Shown: positions 1-9,221, numbered from the stretch's first letter. The stretch is DNA of 35,223 bases from Candidatus Parcubacteria bacterium (GCA_039798565.1 JBDKFU010000057.1:1-35223); one strand, 5' to 3'. A program made the numbers and translations. Notes: generated by a model not told the origin, from the sequence alone.

Positions 1-321
1 CGGTGGAGCCCGGGCGGTGGGAGCCTCGAGGTGGGTGAGACGATTATAGAGGCGGTGAGGCGTGAAGTACGGGAGGAATTCTGCACGACGCCAACCGACA
101 TTGAACTCATGGGCTATCGCGATGTGATGCGCGAGATAGATGGGGTCAAAACGCACTGGGTTTTGTTCGATTTTCGAGCACGAGTAAATCGTGATGAGGT
201 AAAGATTGGAGAGCCGGACATGACCGACGAGATTATTTGGGTAAAAATAGGCGACATCCCCGAGCCGGTGCACTCGCAGTTTCCTGCCTACCTAGAGAAG
301 TACAAAGCCGAGCTGGTATAA
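1..321 (+). CDS. NUDIX hydrolase, 5' end cut by window edge
   Basis: Frame 1 is open from base 1. Translation reads GGGSLEVGETIIEAVRREVREEF, which fits the Nudix box GX5EX7REUXEEXGU. Stop TAA at 319-321. Confidence 0.8.
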   Translation, partial: RWSPGGGSLEVGETIIEAVRREVREEFCTTPTDIELMGYRDVMREIDGVKTHWVLFDFRARVNRDEVKIGEPDMTDEIIWVKIGDIPEPVHSQFPAYLEKYKAELV

Positions 322-322
322 T
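314..322 (+). promoter_or_regulatory. extended -10 box TGgTATAAT, leaderless promoter for the 329 gene
   Basis: Consensus TATAAT at 317-322 with TG at 314-315. ATG 329 lies 6 nt downstream. The box overlaps the NUDIX stop codon. Confidence 0.55.
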
Positions 323-328
323 GGCTCT

Positions 329-571
329 ATGTCACACGAAGATACTTCAAAGCTAACAATCGAGGAGCGGCGTCGAAGGGCCATTGCGATTTTTAATCAG
401 CTCAATAAGCCAGGCACTGTAACTCGTGCACTTGTAGATCTCCATCGAGCGGGAGGACCTTCGGGCTTCACTGAGGCAGAAATGCAACAGCGCTTTCCGG
501 CTTTTGTGAAGGCCGCCGGACAGCTGCGTCGCATCGGTGCCACTATCCGTGCGGACGAAAATAAAAAATAA
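329..571 (+). CDS. hypothetical 80-aa protein
   Basis: ORF begins at the position where the TGgTATAAT box predicts the transcription start. No family recognised. Confidence 0.5.
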   Translation: MSHEDTSKLTIEERRRRAIAIFNQLNKPGTVTRALVDLHRAGGPSGFTEAEMQQRFPAFVKAAGQLRRIGATIRADENKK

Positions 572-572
572 A

Positions 573-1052
573 ATGCCTACTTCACTTCGTGAGTGGGGAG
601 TGTTGGTGGCATGCATAGCGGTGTGCCAACTCGCCGGATTGATTGGAACTATTTTTACACTTGATGCGATACCTACGTGGTATGCATTTTTAGATAAGCC
701 GAGTTTCTCTCCACCAAATTGGCTTTTTGGTCCGGTATGGACAGCCCTCTACACTCTCATGGGTGTGTCACTGTATCTCGTGTGGCGCACACCAACAAGC
801 GGGGTACGCTCACTAGGTCTTCGCTGGTTTGGGGTGCAACTCGTACTGAATGCGCTGTGGTCCATACTTTTCTTTGGGCTTCAGAATCCGCTCTATGGAC
901 TGGTGTGTATCATACTCATGTTAGCGAGCATTGTGGTCACCACACGGTACTTCAACAGAGTGTCGTCGCTTGCGGCGTGGCTTTTGGCACCGTACATACT
1001 GTGGGTATCGTTTGCGACATTACTTAATGCGAGCATTTGGTACTTAAACTAA
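573..1052 (+). CDS. tspO: TspO/MBR family tryptophan-rich sensory protein
   Basis: ORF 537..1052 trimmed to ATG 573, just after the upstream stop. Trp-rich polytopic membrane protein. Motifs PSFSPPNWLFGPVWTALYTLMG and NALWSILFFG. Confidence 0.85.
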   Translation: MPTSLREWGVLVACIAVCQLAGLIGTIFTLDAIPTWYAFLDKPSFSPPNWLFGPVWTALYTLMGVSLYLVWRTPTSGVRSLGLRWFGVQLVLNALWSILFFGLQNPLYGLVCIILMLASIVVTTRYFNRVSSLAAWLLAPYILWVSFATLLNASIWYLN

Positions 1053-1053
1053 C

Positions 1054-1368
1054 GTGCACACAAAATTTGTACCACCGGCGCGAGTGGCGGCAGAAGCAAA
1101 GAGGGGGTTGGAGCTAAGAAAAAAGTTTGGTCGTGGCGCGACTGCTGTGGGTCTCGCGCGCGGGCGACAGCTCGCTGCTCGGCGGCCAGTATCAGCAGAC
1201 GTTATTAAACGAATGTACTCCTACTTTGCCCGCCATTTTGTAGACAAGCAAGGTAAAAATTTTGATAATCCGATACGACCATCAAACGGCAAGATCGCCT
1301 GGCTCCTCTGGGGAGGTGATTCTGGTGCACGCTGGGCGCACGACATTCGCAAAAAAATTAAAAATTAG
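1054..1368 (+). CDS. conserved hypothetical basic protein
   Basis: GTG start 1 nt after the tspO stop. 104 aa with the segment GKIAWLLWGGDSGARWA. I cannot name the family. Confidence 0.5.
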   Translation: MHTKFVPPARVAAEAKRGLELRKKFGRGATAVGLARGRQLAARRPVSADVIKRMYSYFARHFVDKQGKNFDNPIRPSNGKIAWLLWGGDSGARWAHDIRKKIKN

Positions 1369-2003
1369 TGGGCGATGGCGAGTGCGATGACGCGGGAGGC
1401 GCCCGCTTTAATCAGTGCGCGCCTACAGTCCGCAAGGGTGGCGCCCGTTTCAACCACATCATCGATAAGTACGATGCACCGGCGCGCTACGCGCGCCGGG
1501 TCTGTGACATAAAATGAGTTTGCAATATTTCTTTTTCTTTCAGCGCGGGTGCCTGCGCGAATTTGTGACTTTCTGTCCTCGCGACCGAGAACCTCGAGAC
1601 ACTCGATGCCATCTATATGTCCTGCGATTGCGCGTGCGATGAGTGCGGCCTGGTTGTAGCCACGCGTCGAGAGGCGAGCACGACTAGTCGGCACGGGGAC
1701 AATAAGCGCGTCCCGCCACCCCTGCGTCTGTGCAAGATCAGACAGTACGTCCGTCAGATAGTCAGCGGCGACTGGTGCGATGAGCTCCACCATGCCGACC
1801 TCTCCATAAAACTTAATAGATTTTATAACCGAGCGGACCGCGCGCCGCTCGTAGGGGAGGATGGTATGAATCCATGGTTCCTCGCGCAGTATCCGCGGCG
1901 ACAAGAGTGACTCGATGGTGTCCCGACTGACCCGCCGCGCATACTCTGCGTCTGGGTGCCGTGGAATTACGTATGAGATAAGGTCGAGTAGAAAGGTCCA
2001 CAT
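1365..2003 (-). CDS. comFC: ComF-family phosphoribosyltransferase-like competence protein
   Basis: PRTase motif CIVLIDDVVETGATL near the C-terminus and ComF-like overall layout. The N-terminal Cys4 finger usual in ComFC is not evident. Confidence 0.75.
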   Translation of the reverse strand: MWTFLLDLISYVIPRHPDAEYARRVSRDTIESLLSPRILREEPWIHTILPYERRAVRSVIKSIKFYGEVGMVELIAPVAADYLTDVLSDLAQTQGWRDALIVPVPTSRARLSTRGYNQAALIARAIAGHIDGIECLEVLGREDRKSQIRAGTRAERKRNIANSFYVTDPARVARRCIVLIDDVVETGATLADCRRALIKAGASRVIALAIAH

Positions 2004-2019
2004 AGTTTTGTGCCTCGCG

Positions 2020-2028
2020 TGGTATACT
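2020..2028 (+). promoter_or_regulatory. extended -10 box TGgTATACT upstream of pilM
   Basis: TATACT at 2023-2028 preceded by TG at 2020-2021. Lies in the divergent comFC/pilM intergenic region. Confidence 0.5.
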
Positions 2029-2058
2029 CACACCATACATGCGTGAGCGATTTTGTCT

Positions 2059-3168
2059 ATGAACTTTTCTCTAGGTGGCATAACGGACGCGATTAACAAG
2101 CTCACGGGGAGTCTCGGGGGTGGGGGAGACTCGGACTCAGTTATTGGGCTCGATATTGGTACGTCGACCATTAAAATGGTTCAGCTTAAGCAGAAAAAAG
2201 GTGCAGCAGTACTTGAAACGTACGGTGAAATTGCTCTCGGTCCCTATGCTTCTGCAGAAGTGGGGCAGTCAGTGAACGCGCCACAAGAAAAAGTGATTGA
2301 AGCACTCACCGACTTACTCCGAGAGTCAAACGCATCGAGCCGTACTGGCGGGGTGGCGGTGCCGCTCTCCGGCTCGCTTATCTCGGTTATCTCGCTGCCG
2401 ACAAAAAACCGCGATGATCTCGCGAGTATGGTGCCGATTGAGGCGAGAAAATATATCCCCGTGCCAGTCACTGAAGTTGCACTCGACTGGTTTGTCATTC
2501 CAGAAGAAGAAGCACGCTTTATTAGCGGCAACGCTGAAGAAAAAAAGAATGTGACCGATGTCTTGTTGGTTGCCATCCACAACCAGCTCATTGAGCGCGA
2601 CCAGGCGATACTTGCAGGCGCTGGTGTAACGGCAAAGTTTTTTGAAGTAGAGCCGTTCTCTATGGGGCGTGCAAGCTATGAGCATGGCACAGCGCCCGTG
2701 ATGGTTATTGATTTTGGCGCCTCGTCGACGCGCGTGTACATCGTCGAGTTTGGGATTATCTCTGTTTCGCATACAATACCGCGCGGTGGGCAGGACATCA
2801 CACTGTCGTGGTCTAAATCAAAGAGTATGACTTTTGCAGAGGCAGAAGCAGAAAAACGTTCACACGGAATCGAGAATAATGAGGTAGGAAAGTCGGTGAT
2901 CGAGTACGTTCTTTCAGAGGCACGTCGCATTTTCCTCAGCTATCAACGAAAAGAGAATAAGGCGGTATCCAAGGTTGTACTCCTTGGCGGCGGGGCACTC
3001 TTGAAGGGGCTCCCCGAGCTATCAAAACAATACTTTGATGCACCGATCACACTCGGCGCACCGTTTGACCGTGTGTCAGCGCCCGCTTTCATTTCAGAAG
3101 TATTAAAATTCGCCGGACCTTCATTCGCCTCGGCTATCGGTCTTGCACTGCGCGCCCTACAAAGGTAG
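2059..3168 (+). CDS. pilM: type IV pilus assembly protein PilM (actin-like ATPase fold)
   Basis: IGLDIGTSTIKMVQL plus the ASKHA motifs VIDFGASSTRVYIV and LLGGGALLKGL. The start could be TTG 2053 or ATG 2059. Confidence 0.85.
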   Translation: MNFSLGGITDAINKLTGSLGGGGDSDSVIGLDIGTSTIKMVQLKQKKGAAVLETYGEIALGPYASAEVGQSVNAPQEKVIEALTDLLRESNASSRTGGVAVPLSGSLISVISLPTKNRDDLASMVPIEARKYIPVPVTEVALDWFVIPEEEARFISGNAEEKKNVTDVLLVAIHNQLIERDQAILAGAGVTAKFFEVEPFSMGRASYEHGTAPVMVIDFGASSTRVYIVEFGIISVSHTIPRGGQDITLSWSKSKSMTFAEAEAEKRSHGIENNEVGKSVIEYVLSEARRIFLSYQRKENKAVSKVVLLGGGALLKGLPELSKQYFDAPITLGAPFDRVSAPAFISEVLKFAGPSFASAIGLALRALQR

Positions 3169-3213
3169 TGTCCACATAATATATTCATTTTTTGCATTCG
3201 CTACTTTTTATGG

Positions 3214-3222
3214 TGGTACACT
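3214..3222 (+). promoter_or_regulatory. extended -10 box TGgTACACT, leaderless promoter for the pilN-like gene
   Basis: TACACT at 3217-3222, 7 nt before ATG 3230. Confidence 0.45.
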
Positions 3223-3229
3223 TTAATGC

Positions 3230-3889
3230 ATGCAGGAGCGCGTCACGACCTCCTTTATTCCAAAGGAGTCATTAACATCAGAGCGAAAGCGCACCCCGAA
3301 CCCAGGGAATCCATTTGCAATAGTTAATATCATCACCGGCTTCATTTTGTTAGTCGCGGTACTCGCGTCTGCCGGGCTATTTCTCTTTGAAAACTACACC
3401 AAAGGTGCGATTGAAGCTAAAAAGGCATCTCTCGACAGACAGCGTGCCGCATTTGAGCCAGCGACTATCAAGGCACTCGCTCGACTTGATAGACGGTTGG
3501 ATGCTGGCGGACGTTTATTAAAGGGCCACGTTGCACTTTCAAATATTTTTCAAGAACTTGAAGCGCGCTCAGTACAGTCACTTCGTTTTACTGACTTTTC
3601 ATATGCAGCAGGGAACTTGGGGAGCATGGTTATCATCATGAACGGGGAGGCAACGAGCTTTAACGCTGTCGCGGTACAAGCAGACTCGCTCGGGGCGTCC
3701 CCATTATTCCAAGATCCCATTTTCTCCAACCTCAATATCGATAAGGACGGTACCGTAATCTTTACATTCACCGCAAATGTTGACCCATCACGCATTAGCT
3801 ACGCGACACTTCTTGCTGGCGCAGGTGCTGCGGCACAGCCAGAGGAGCTCGCGCCGCCAGCAGAGACAGGGACAACAACCGCACCATAA
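3230..3889 (+). CDS. PilN-like bitopic pilus alignment protein
   Basis: Short cytoplasmic tail (SFIPKE), one TM, a coiled segment and a C-terminal Ala/Pro-rich tail. Sits between pilM and pilO. Confidence 0.55.
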   Translation: MQERVTTSFIPKESLTSERKRTPNPGNPFAIVNIITGFILLVAVLASAGLFLFENYTKGAIEAKKASLDRQRAAFEPATIKALARLDRRLDAGGRLLKGHVALSNIFQELEARSVQSLRFTDFSYAAGNLGSMVIIMNGEATSFNAVAVQADSLGASPLFQDPIFSNLNIDKDGTVIFTFTANVDPSRISYATLLAGAGAAAQPEELAPPAETGTTTAP

Positions 3890-3891
3890 CT

Positions 3892-4437
3892 ATGAAAGCA
3901 CTCATTCCTATTTTCTCAATTGCTATCGCTATCGGACTCTTCAGCTGGTACATTGACCCAGCCTATGCCCGCATTACGACGCTCCGAGAGGAAGAGGCGA
4001 CGTATGACGCCGCGCTTGACCGTTCACGAGAACTGCAAGAGGTACGCGACCAACTATTGTCGAAGTACAACACCTTTTCAGCTGAAGATGTTTCTCGTTT
4101 AGAAAAGTTGCTCCCTGACCATGTCGACAACGTTCGATTGATTCTCGATCTCGATTCGACTGCGTCAAAGTATGGCATGCGCGTACGTAATGTCGCCATC
4201 GAGGATCAGGGAAAAAATAAAAATTCTACCGACACCTTAGGTCCAGACGAGGTGGGGCACGAGTCCTTAGTCCTCTCATTCTCAGTAAGCGGACAATACT
4301 CGACATTCAGGCAGTTTATGGCTGACCTCGAAAAGAGTCTTCGCCTTGTGGATGTGGTCGGACTTGCATTTTCTGCAAGCGAAAGCGGTATCTATGACTT
4401 TACGGTATCTATTAATACCTACTGGCTCAAACCATGA
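3892..4437 (+). CDS. pilO: PilO-like pilus assembly protein
   Basis: N-terminal TM, coiled coil, then an alpha/beta domain (SGQYSTFRQFMADLEK). The start is 2 nt after the previous stop. Confidence 0.65.
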   Translation: MKALIPIFSIAIAIGLFSWYIDPAYARITTLREEEATYDAALDRSRELQEVRDQLLSKYNTFSAEDVSRLEKLLPDHVDNVRLILDLDSTASKYGMRVRNVAIEDQGKNKNSTDTLGPDEVGHESLVLSFSVSGQYSTFRQFMADLEKSLRLVDVVGLAFSASESGIYDFTVSINTYWLKP

Positions 4438-4736
4438 TGAACTTTATTCAACGATACCAAACGGTTTTCATTTTCATCGCTGTTGTCGGGCTTTTATATG
4501 CGGGGTATACGTATATGACCGCAAAACCAGCTGACGAGCTGCTCTCAGAAACTATTGTTACTGAAGCGGGGCCAGATCAGGATCTTATTGCACTGTTGTT
4601 CGAGCTAAAAGCAATCAGACTCGACAGTACGCTTTTCGAAGAGCCTACCTATCAGTCACTCGTTGATTTTGGTCGTGAGCTCGTTCCAGAGCAAGCTGGA
4701 CGAAACAATCCATTCGCACCGCTCGGAACTCAATAA
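4434..4736 (+). CDS. small membrane-anchored pilus-cluster protein (in the position PilP would occupy)
   Basis: ATGA overlap with pilO. One TM. C-terminal GRNNPFAPL motif. Confidence 0.5.
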   Translation: MMNFIQRYQTVFIFIAVVGLLYAGYTYMTAKPADELLSETIVTEAGPDQDLIALLFELKAIRLDSTLFEEPTYQSLVDFGRELVPEQAGRNNPFAPLGTQ

Positions 4737-4743
4737 TAGTGCT

Positions 4744-6525
4744 ATGGACGTCCTCTCTATCCTTGCTGAAAAAGGCATGATCCCGCAAGGCGCGGTCGCT
4801 GCGATTAAAGAGGAGGTAGCAGGGGGGAAAACGCTTGAGCGTGCACTGTTGGACCGTGGCGTTTCTGCGCATGATATTGTATCGGCGCGAGGCGAGTACT
4901 ATCAAATACCCGTTAAAGAAATACCAGAGTCCGGGGTTGACTATGAGGTACTGCGCTACATCCCTGAAGAATCGGCGCGCCACTATCACATCGTGCCTAT
5001 CTCTGTTGAAGAGGGGGCGCTTCTTGTCGGTACCACTGACCCAGACAATCTTGATGCAGTAGAAGCGTTGAATTTTATTTCAGGGAAAATTGGTTTACCG
5101 TTCAAGCTGTTTCTCATTTCTGACGAACAGTTTGAAAATGTTCTCAAGATGTATAAAGGCATCACCACCGAGGTGGGGCGTGCCTTAGGTGAGCTCGACA
5201 CGACTATTTCGTCAGGGGACACCGCTGAGCACGAAGTCACCAATACCGATGTACAGGTTGTGGATGCTCGCTCGGACGTGCCGATGAAAGAGGATGCGCC
5301 GGTGACTAAAATCGTGGCGACTATACTTCGCTATGCAGTGGATGGGCGTGCATCAGACATTCACATTGAGCCGTCAGAGACAGAGTTGAAAGTGCGCTTT
5401 CGTGTTGACGGTGTACTCCACACAAGCTTGCGACTCCCTAAAAATGTTGAGCGCGCCGTCGCGGCGCGCATCAAGGTCTTGTCATCCCTGAAGCTCGATG
5501 AGCGACGAAAGCCACAGGACGGACGCTTTTCAGCGAATGTCGATAATCGGCGCGTTGATTTTCGTGTGTCGACATTCCCGTCGTATCATGGCGAAAAGGT
5601 GGTGATGCGTATTTTGGATAAGAGTCATGAAGCGTTAAAGCTTGCTGACCTCGGACTCGCAGATTACAACGTTGAAAAAATTCGAAACGCACTCTCGCGT
5701 CCGTACGGGCTCATTATCATCTCGGGTCCGACTGGCTCTGGTAAGTCGACGACGCTCTACGCCATGCTTCAAGAGCTCGATAGAGAAGGGCTTAATGTTG
5801 TTTCGCTCGAAGATCCGGTTGAATATGACGTGGAGGGTGTGTCGCAGTCGCAGGTGCGCCCAGAAATCGGCTACACGTTTGCGTCTGGTCTTCGTTCAAT
5901 CTTGCGTCAGGACCCAGACATCATCATGGTGGGAGAAATCCGCGATAAAGAGACCGGACAACTTGCGATTCAAGCAGCGCTCACTGGCCACTTGGTGCTC
6001 ACGACACTCCACACGAATAATGCAATTGGTATTGTGCCTCGCTTGGTCGACATGGGTATTGACCCGTATCTGATCGCTCCCACACTCATCCTCTCTGTTG
6101 CGCAGCGTCTGGTGCGCCGCAGGTGTGCTGACGCTGGTGTTAAAGTCCCAGTCGATGGCGCAGTGAAGGCGATGATTGAGCATGAGTTTGCAGACCTGCC
6201 CAAGGAGTATACAAAGCGCATTCCAACAGCGACCGAGATATACAACCTAGCACCGTCACCAACGTGTCCTAACGGTACACGAGGACGCATTGGTGTGTTC
6301 GAATTTTTGACTACAAGCAAAGAGCTTGAGCGAGTTATTTTGACCAAGCCGACAGAGGATGAGATTTATAAAGTAGCGCGTGCACAGGGCATGTTCCGCA
6401 TGAAGGAGGATGCTATCATTAAATTACTCGAAGGGACTATCCCGTTTGAAGAGGTGAACACCTTGGGCGGCGATATTCTTGACGATGAAGAGCCCGCGAA
6501 AGAAAAAGAAGTAGTTGCTGCATAA
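4744..6525 (+). CDS. pilB: type IV pilus extension ATPase PilB (GspE family)
   Basis: Walker A GPTGSGKST, DPDIIMVGEIRD, His box TGHLVLTTLHTN, and an N-terminal T2SSE_N-like domain. ORF 4663 trimmed to ATG 4744. Confidence 0.9.
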   Translation: MDVLSILAEKGMIPQGAVAAIKEEVAGGKTLERALLDRGVSAHDIVSARGEYYQIPVKEIPESGVDYEVLRYIPEESARHYHIVPISVEEGALLVGTTDPDNLDAVEALNFISGKIGLPFKLFLISDEQFENVLKMYKGITTEVGRALGELDTTISSGDTAEHEVTNTDVQVVDARSDVPMKEDAPVTKIVATILRYAVDGRASDIHIEPSETELKVRFRVDGVLHTSLRLPKNVERAVAARIKVLSSLKLDERRKPQDGRFSANVDNRRVDFRVSTFPSYHGEKVVMRILDKSHEALKLADLGLADYNVEKIRNALSRPYGLIIISGPTGSGKSTTLYAMLQELDREGLNVVSLEDPVEYDVEGVSQSQVRPEIGYTFASGLRSILRQDPDIIMVGEIRDKETGQLAIQAALTGHLVLTTLHTNNAIGIVPRLVDMGIDPYLIAPTLILSVAQRLVRRRCADAGVKVPVDGAVKAMIEHEFADLPKEYTKRIPTATEIYNLAPSPTCPNGTRGRIGVFEFLTTSKELERVILTKPTEDEIYKVARAQGMFRMKEDAIIKLLEGTIPFEEVNTLGGDILDDEEPAKEKEVVAA

Positions 6526-6529
6526 AACC

Positions 6530-6913
6530 ATGGGACAAAAACCTCAATCAATTTTAATCATCGATGACGACGGGTTTCTACTCGATATGTACGCGATGAA
6601 GTTTAAGGGCTGCGGTATGGACGTCGAGGCGGTTACCGACCCCGCGCTTGCACTCGATAAACTTCGAAAGGGGAATGAATATTCAATGATACTCGTAGAC
6701 GTCATTATGCCCGGCATGACCGGTTTTGAGTTTTTGGAGGCGGTAAAAAAAGAAAGTCTCGGTAAGAACGCAACTATTGTTGTTCTGTCGAACCAGGGAC
6801 AAGACGCCGATATTGAAAAAGCAAAATCACTCGGTGCAAAGGGGTACATTATTAAGGCGTCTGCAATACCGAGCGAGGTGTGCGAGCGCGCCATCGCATT
6901 TGCAGAAAATTAA
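6530..6913 (+). CDS. stand-alone response-regulator receiver (CheY-like)
   Basis: IIDDDG acidic pocket, acceptor Asp in ILVDVIMPG, Ser in VVLSNQG, Lys in YIIKA. No output domain. Confidence 0.85.
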   Translation: MGQKPQSILIIDDDGFLLDMYAMKFKGCGMDVEAVTDPALALDKLRKGNEYSMILVDVIMPGMTGFEFLEAVKKESLGKNATIVVLSNQGQDADIEKAKSLGAKGYIIKASAIPSEVCERAIAFAEN

Positions 6914-6916
6914 CAT

Positions 6917-7984
6917 ATGGCTATGAACTACGCATCAGAACTGGAAACGCTCATTGAAACCGTCATCAACGAAGGTGCGTCTGACCTGCATATCTCAAAT
7001 CGCGAGCATCCGATTATTCGTGTTTCTGGTGCGCTCATCCCGCTCGTCAAACATCCACAATACACTGCTGAGGATACTAAGGGGCTTCTCCTCGCCATGG
7101 TTGCTAAAGATAAGGAGGCACTGTTTGAATCGTCACAAGAAATCGACTTTTCATACGCGTACAAAGATAAGGTACGCTTCCGCGGTAATGCTTTTGTTCA
7201 ACAGGGTTCGATTTCAATAGCACTCCGTCTTATCCCTAAAGACATAAAAACATTTGCAGAACTTAATCTGCCGCCGATTCTTGAAACATTCTGCCAGTTG
7301 CAGCAAGGCTTCTTTCTTACCGTGGGTCCGGTCGGGCAGGGTAAGTCGACAACGCTTGCATCAATGATCGAGTATGTTAACCAAAACCGTACCGAGCACA
7401 TTCTGACCATTGAAGATCCGATTGAATATACGTTTGTGAGCAAAAACTCGATCATCAATCAGCGCGAGGTGCGCGTTGACACCACCTCGTTTTCCGCTGC
7501 CCTTATCTCTGCATTTCGCGAGGACGTTGATGTCATCATGGTGGGCGAGATGCGCGGGCCAGAGACTATGGTCGCTGCGGTGACTGCTGCAGAAACAGGA
7601 CACCTGGTCCTATCAACACTCCACACGAACAACGCGGCACAAACAATTGACCGTATTATCGATACCTTCCCTTCAACACAACAAGACCAGATTCGCATCC
7701 AGCTCGCCGCGAGCTTGGCAGGTATATTCTCACAACGTCTCATCCCTAAAATATCTGGCGGGTTGGTCCCCGCATTTGAGCTTTTGATTAACAACGAGGC
7801 GGTCGCTAACCTCATTCGTGAAAAGCGCACGCACGAAATAAATGCAGTCATAGAAACTGGTTCTGAGTTAGGCATGATCGATATGAATCGCTCACTCGCA
7901 GATTTGGTTCGGCGCGGTGAGGTGCGTCCAGAAGATGCCATCAGCCGTTCGTTGAACCCTAAGACATTCATGCGACTTATCTAG
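6917..7984 (+). CDS. pilT: type IV pilus retraction ATPase PilT
   Basis: GPVGQGKST, DVIMVGEMRG, TGHLVLSTLHTN, and the PilT-type AVANLIREKRTHEI motif. Confidence 0.9.
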   Translation: MAMNYASELETLIETVINEGASDLHISNREHPIIRVSGALIPLVKHPQYTAEDTKGLLLAMVAKDKEALFESSQEIDFSYAYKDKVRFRGNAFVQQGSISIALRLIPKDIKTFAELNLPPILETFCQLQQGFFLTVGPVGQGKSTTLASMIEYVNQNRTEHILTIEDPIEYTFVSKNSIINQREVRVDTTSFSAALISAFREDVDVIMVGEMRGPETMVAAVTAAETGHLVLSTLHTNNAAQTIDRIIDTFPSTQQDQIRIQLAASLAGIFSQRLIPKISGGLVPAFELLINNEAVANLIREKRTHEINAVIETGSELGMIDMNRSLADLVRRGEVRPEDAISRSLNPKTFMRLI

Positions 7985-7996
7985 TACTACTTAGCC

Positions 7997-9211
7997 ATGA
8001 CACTCTATAACTACGAAGCAGTCGACCAGAACGGCACCAAACAGAAAGGTGGCATTGATGCGATCACACGCGATGTAGCGATTGCGAGCCTGCAACGCAG
8101 AGGATTAGTTGTTTCATCAGTGGATGAAGCAACAGCAAAAAAAGAATTTGGCTTCACCAGCCGCATTACGTTGTTTGAGGGCGTGTCTAATCGCGACGTT
8201 GTGCTTTTGTCGAGGCAGATTTCAACGTTGTTTGAGGCGCAAGTATCAGCGCTGCGCATTTTTAGATTACTTTCGTCAGAAGCAGAGAATCCGTTGTTGC
8301 AACGCGTGTTGACGGAGGTGGCGGATGATGTGCAGGCGGGCGCATCAATATCGAAGGCGCTGATGAAGCATCCAAAAGTGTTTTCAGAATTTTATACCAA
8401 TATGGTGCGCTCTGGTGAAGAGGCGGGTAAGCTCGACGAGATATTTTTATACCTCGCTGACTATCTCGACCGCTCATATGAAGTGGTGAGTAAGGCAAGA
8501 AACGCACTCATCTATCCTGCATTCGTTATCGGCACGTTCGTTGTCGTGATGATACTCATGATGACGATGGTTATTCCGCGCATCTCGCAGATTCTTCTGG
8601 ACTCCGGCCAGGCGATACCAGCGTACACGCGCGCGGTTATCGCTATTTCAGACTTCTTTGTAACGTACGGCGTATTCCTGCTTATTTTGTTTGTAGTCGG
8701 CGTCTTCTTTCTCATTCGGTACGTGCAAACACCAAACGGTAAGGCAGCGTTTGATCGGTTTGAGCTTGCAGTACCGTACATTGGTGATTTGTATAAAAAG
8801 CTATATCTTGCACGTATTTCAGACACCATGTCGACCATGCTCGTGTCCGGTATATCAGTGGTGCAAGCGGTAGAGATATCCTCGACAGTGGTGGGGAGCT
8901 CTGTGTTTCGCGATATTTTGAGTGAGGCCGGCACCACGGTGAAGGGGGGAGGGACCATATCGAGCGCACTTTCTAACCACCCCGAGGTGCCGGGCATTAT
9001 GACCGCCATGATAAAAATCGGCGAGGAAACGGGAGAGTTGGGGGCCATTTTGAAAACACTCGCGCGCTTCTACAATCGTGAGGTGTCGAACACGGTGGAC
9101 ACACTCGTGGACCTTATTGAACCGTTTATGATTGTGGTTTTGGGTCTTGGCGTCGGTATCCTTCTCGCGTCAGTGCTTATTCCTATCTACAATATTTCTT
9201 CAGCGCTCTAA
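7997..9211 (+). CDS. pilC: type IV pilus platform protein PilC (GspF family)
   Basis: 404 aa with two GspF-type repeats and hydrophobic segments. Follows pilT. Confidence 0.9.
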   Translation: MTLYNYEAVDQNGTKQKGGIDAITRDVAIASLQRRGLVVSSVDEATAKKEFGFTSRITLFEGVSNRDVVLLSRQISTLFEAQVSALRIFRLLSSEAENPLLQRVLTEVADDVQAGASISKALMKHPKVFSEFYTNMVRSGEEAGKLDEIFLYLADYLDRSYEVVSKARNALIYPAFVIGTFVVVMILMMTMVIPRISQILLDSGQAIPAYTRAVIAISDFFVTYGVFLLILFVVGVFFLIRYVQTPNGKAAFDRFELAVPYIGDLYKKLYLARISDTMSTMLVSGISVVQAVEISSTVVGSSVFRDILSEAGTTVKGGGTISSALSNHPEVPGIMTAMIKIGEETGELGAILKTLARFYNREVSNTVDTLVDLIEPFMIVVLGLGVGILLASVLIPIYNISSAL

Positions 9212-9221
9212 GATTCTCGGT

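Noticed and set aside
4732-4737. Weaker -10-like hexamers 6 nt before operon-internal starts: AATAAT before pilB 4744, AGTAAT before 11618, TAACAT before the second ATG of pilT.
   Set aside because: They lack the T at -12 or are otherwise poor matches. These genes are already explained by tight coupling to the upstream gene, so I did not count them among the 18 cases.
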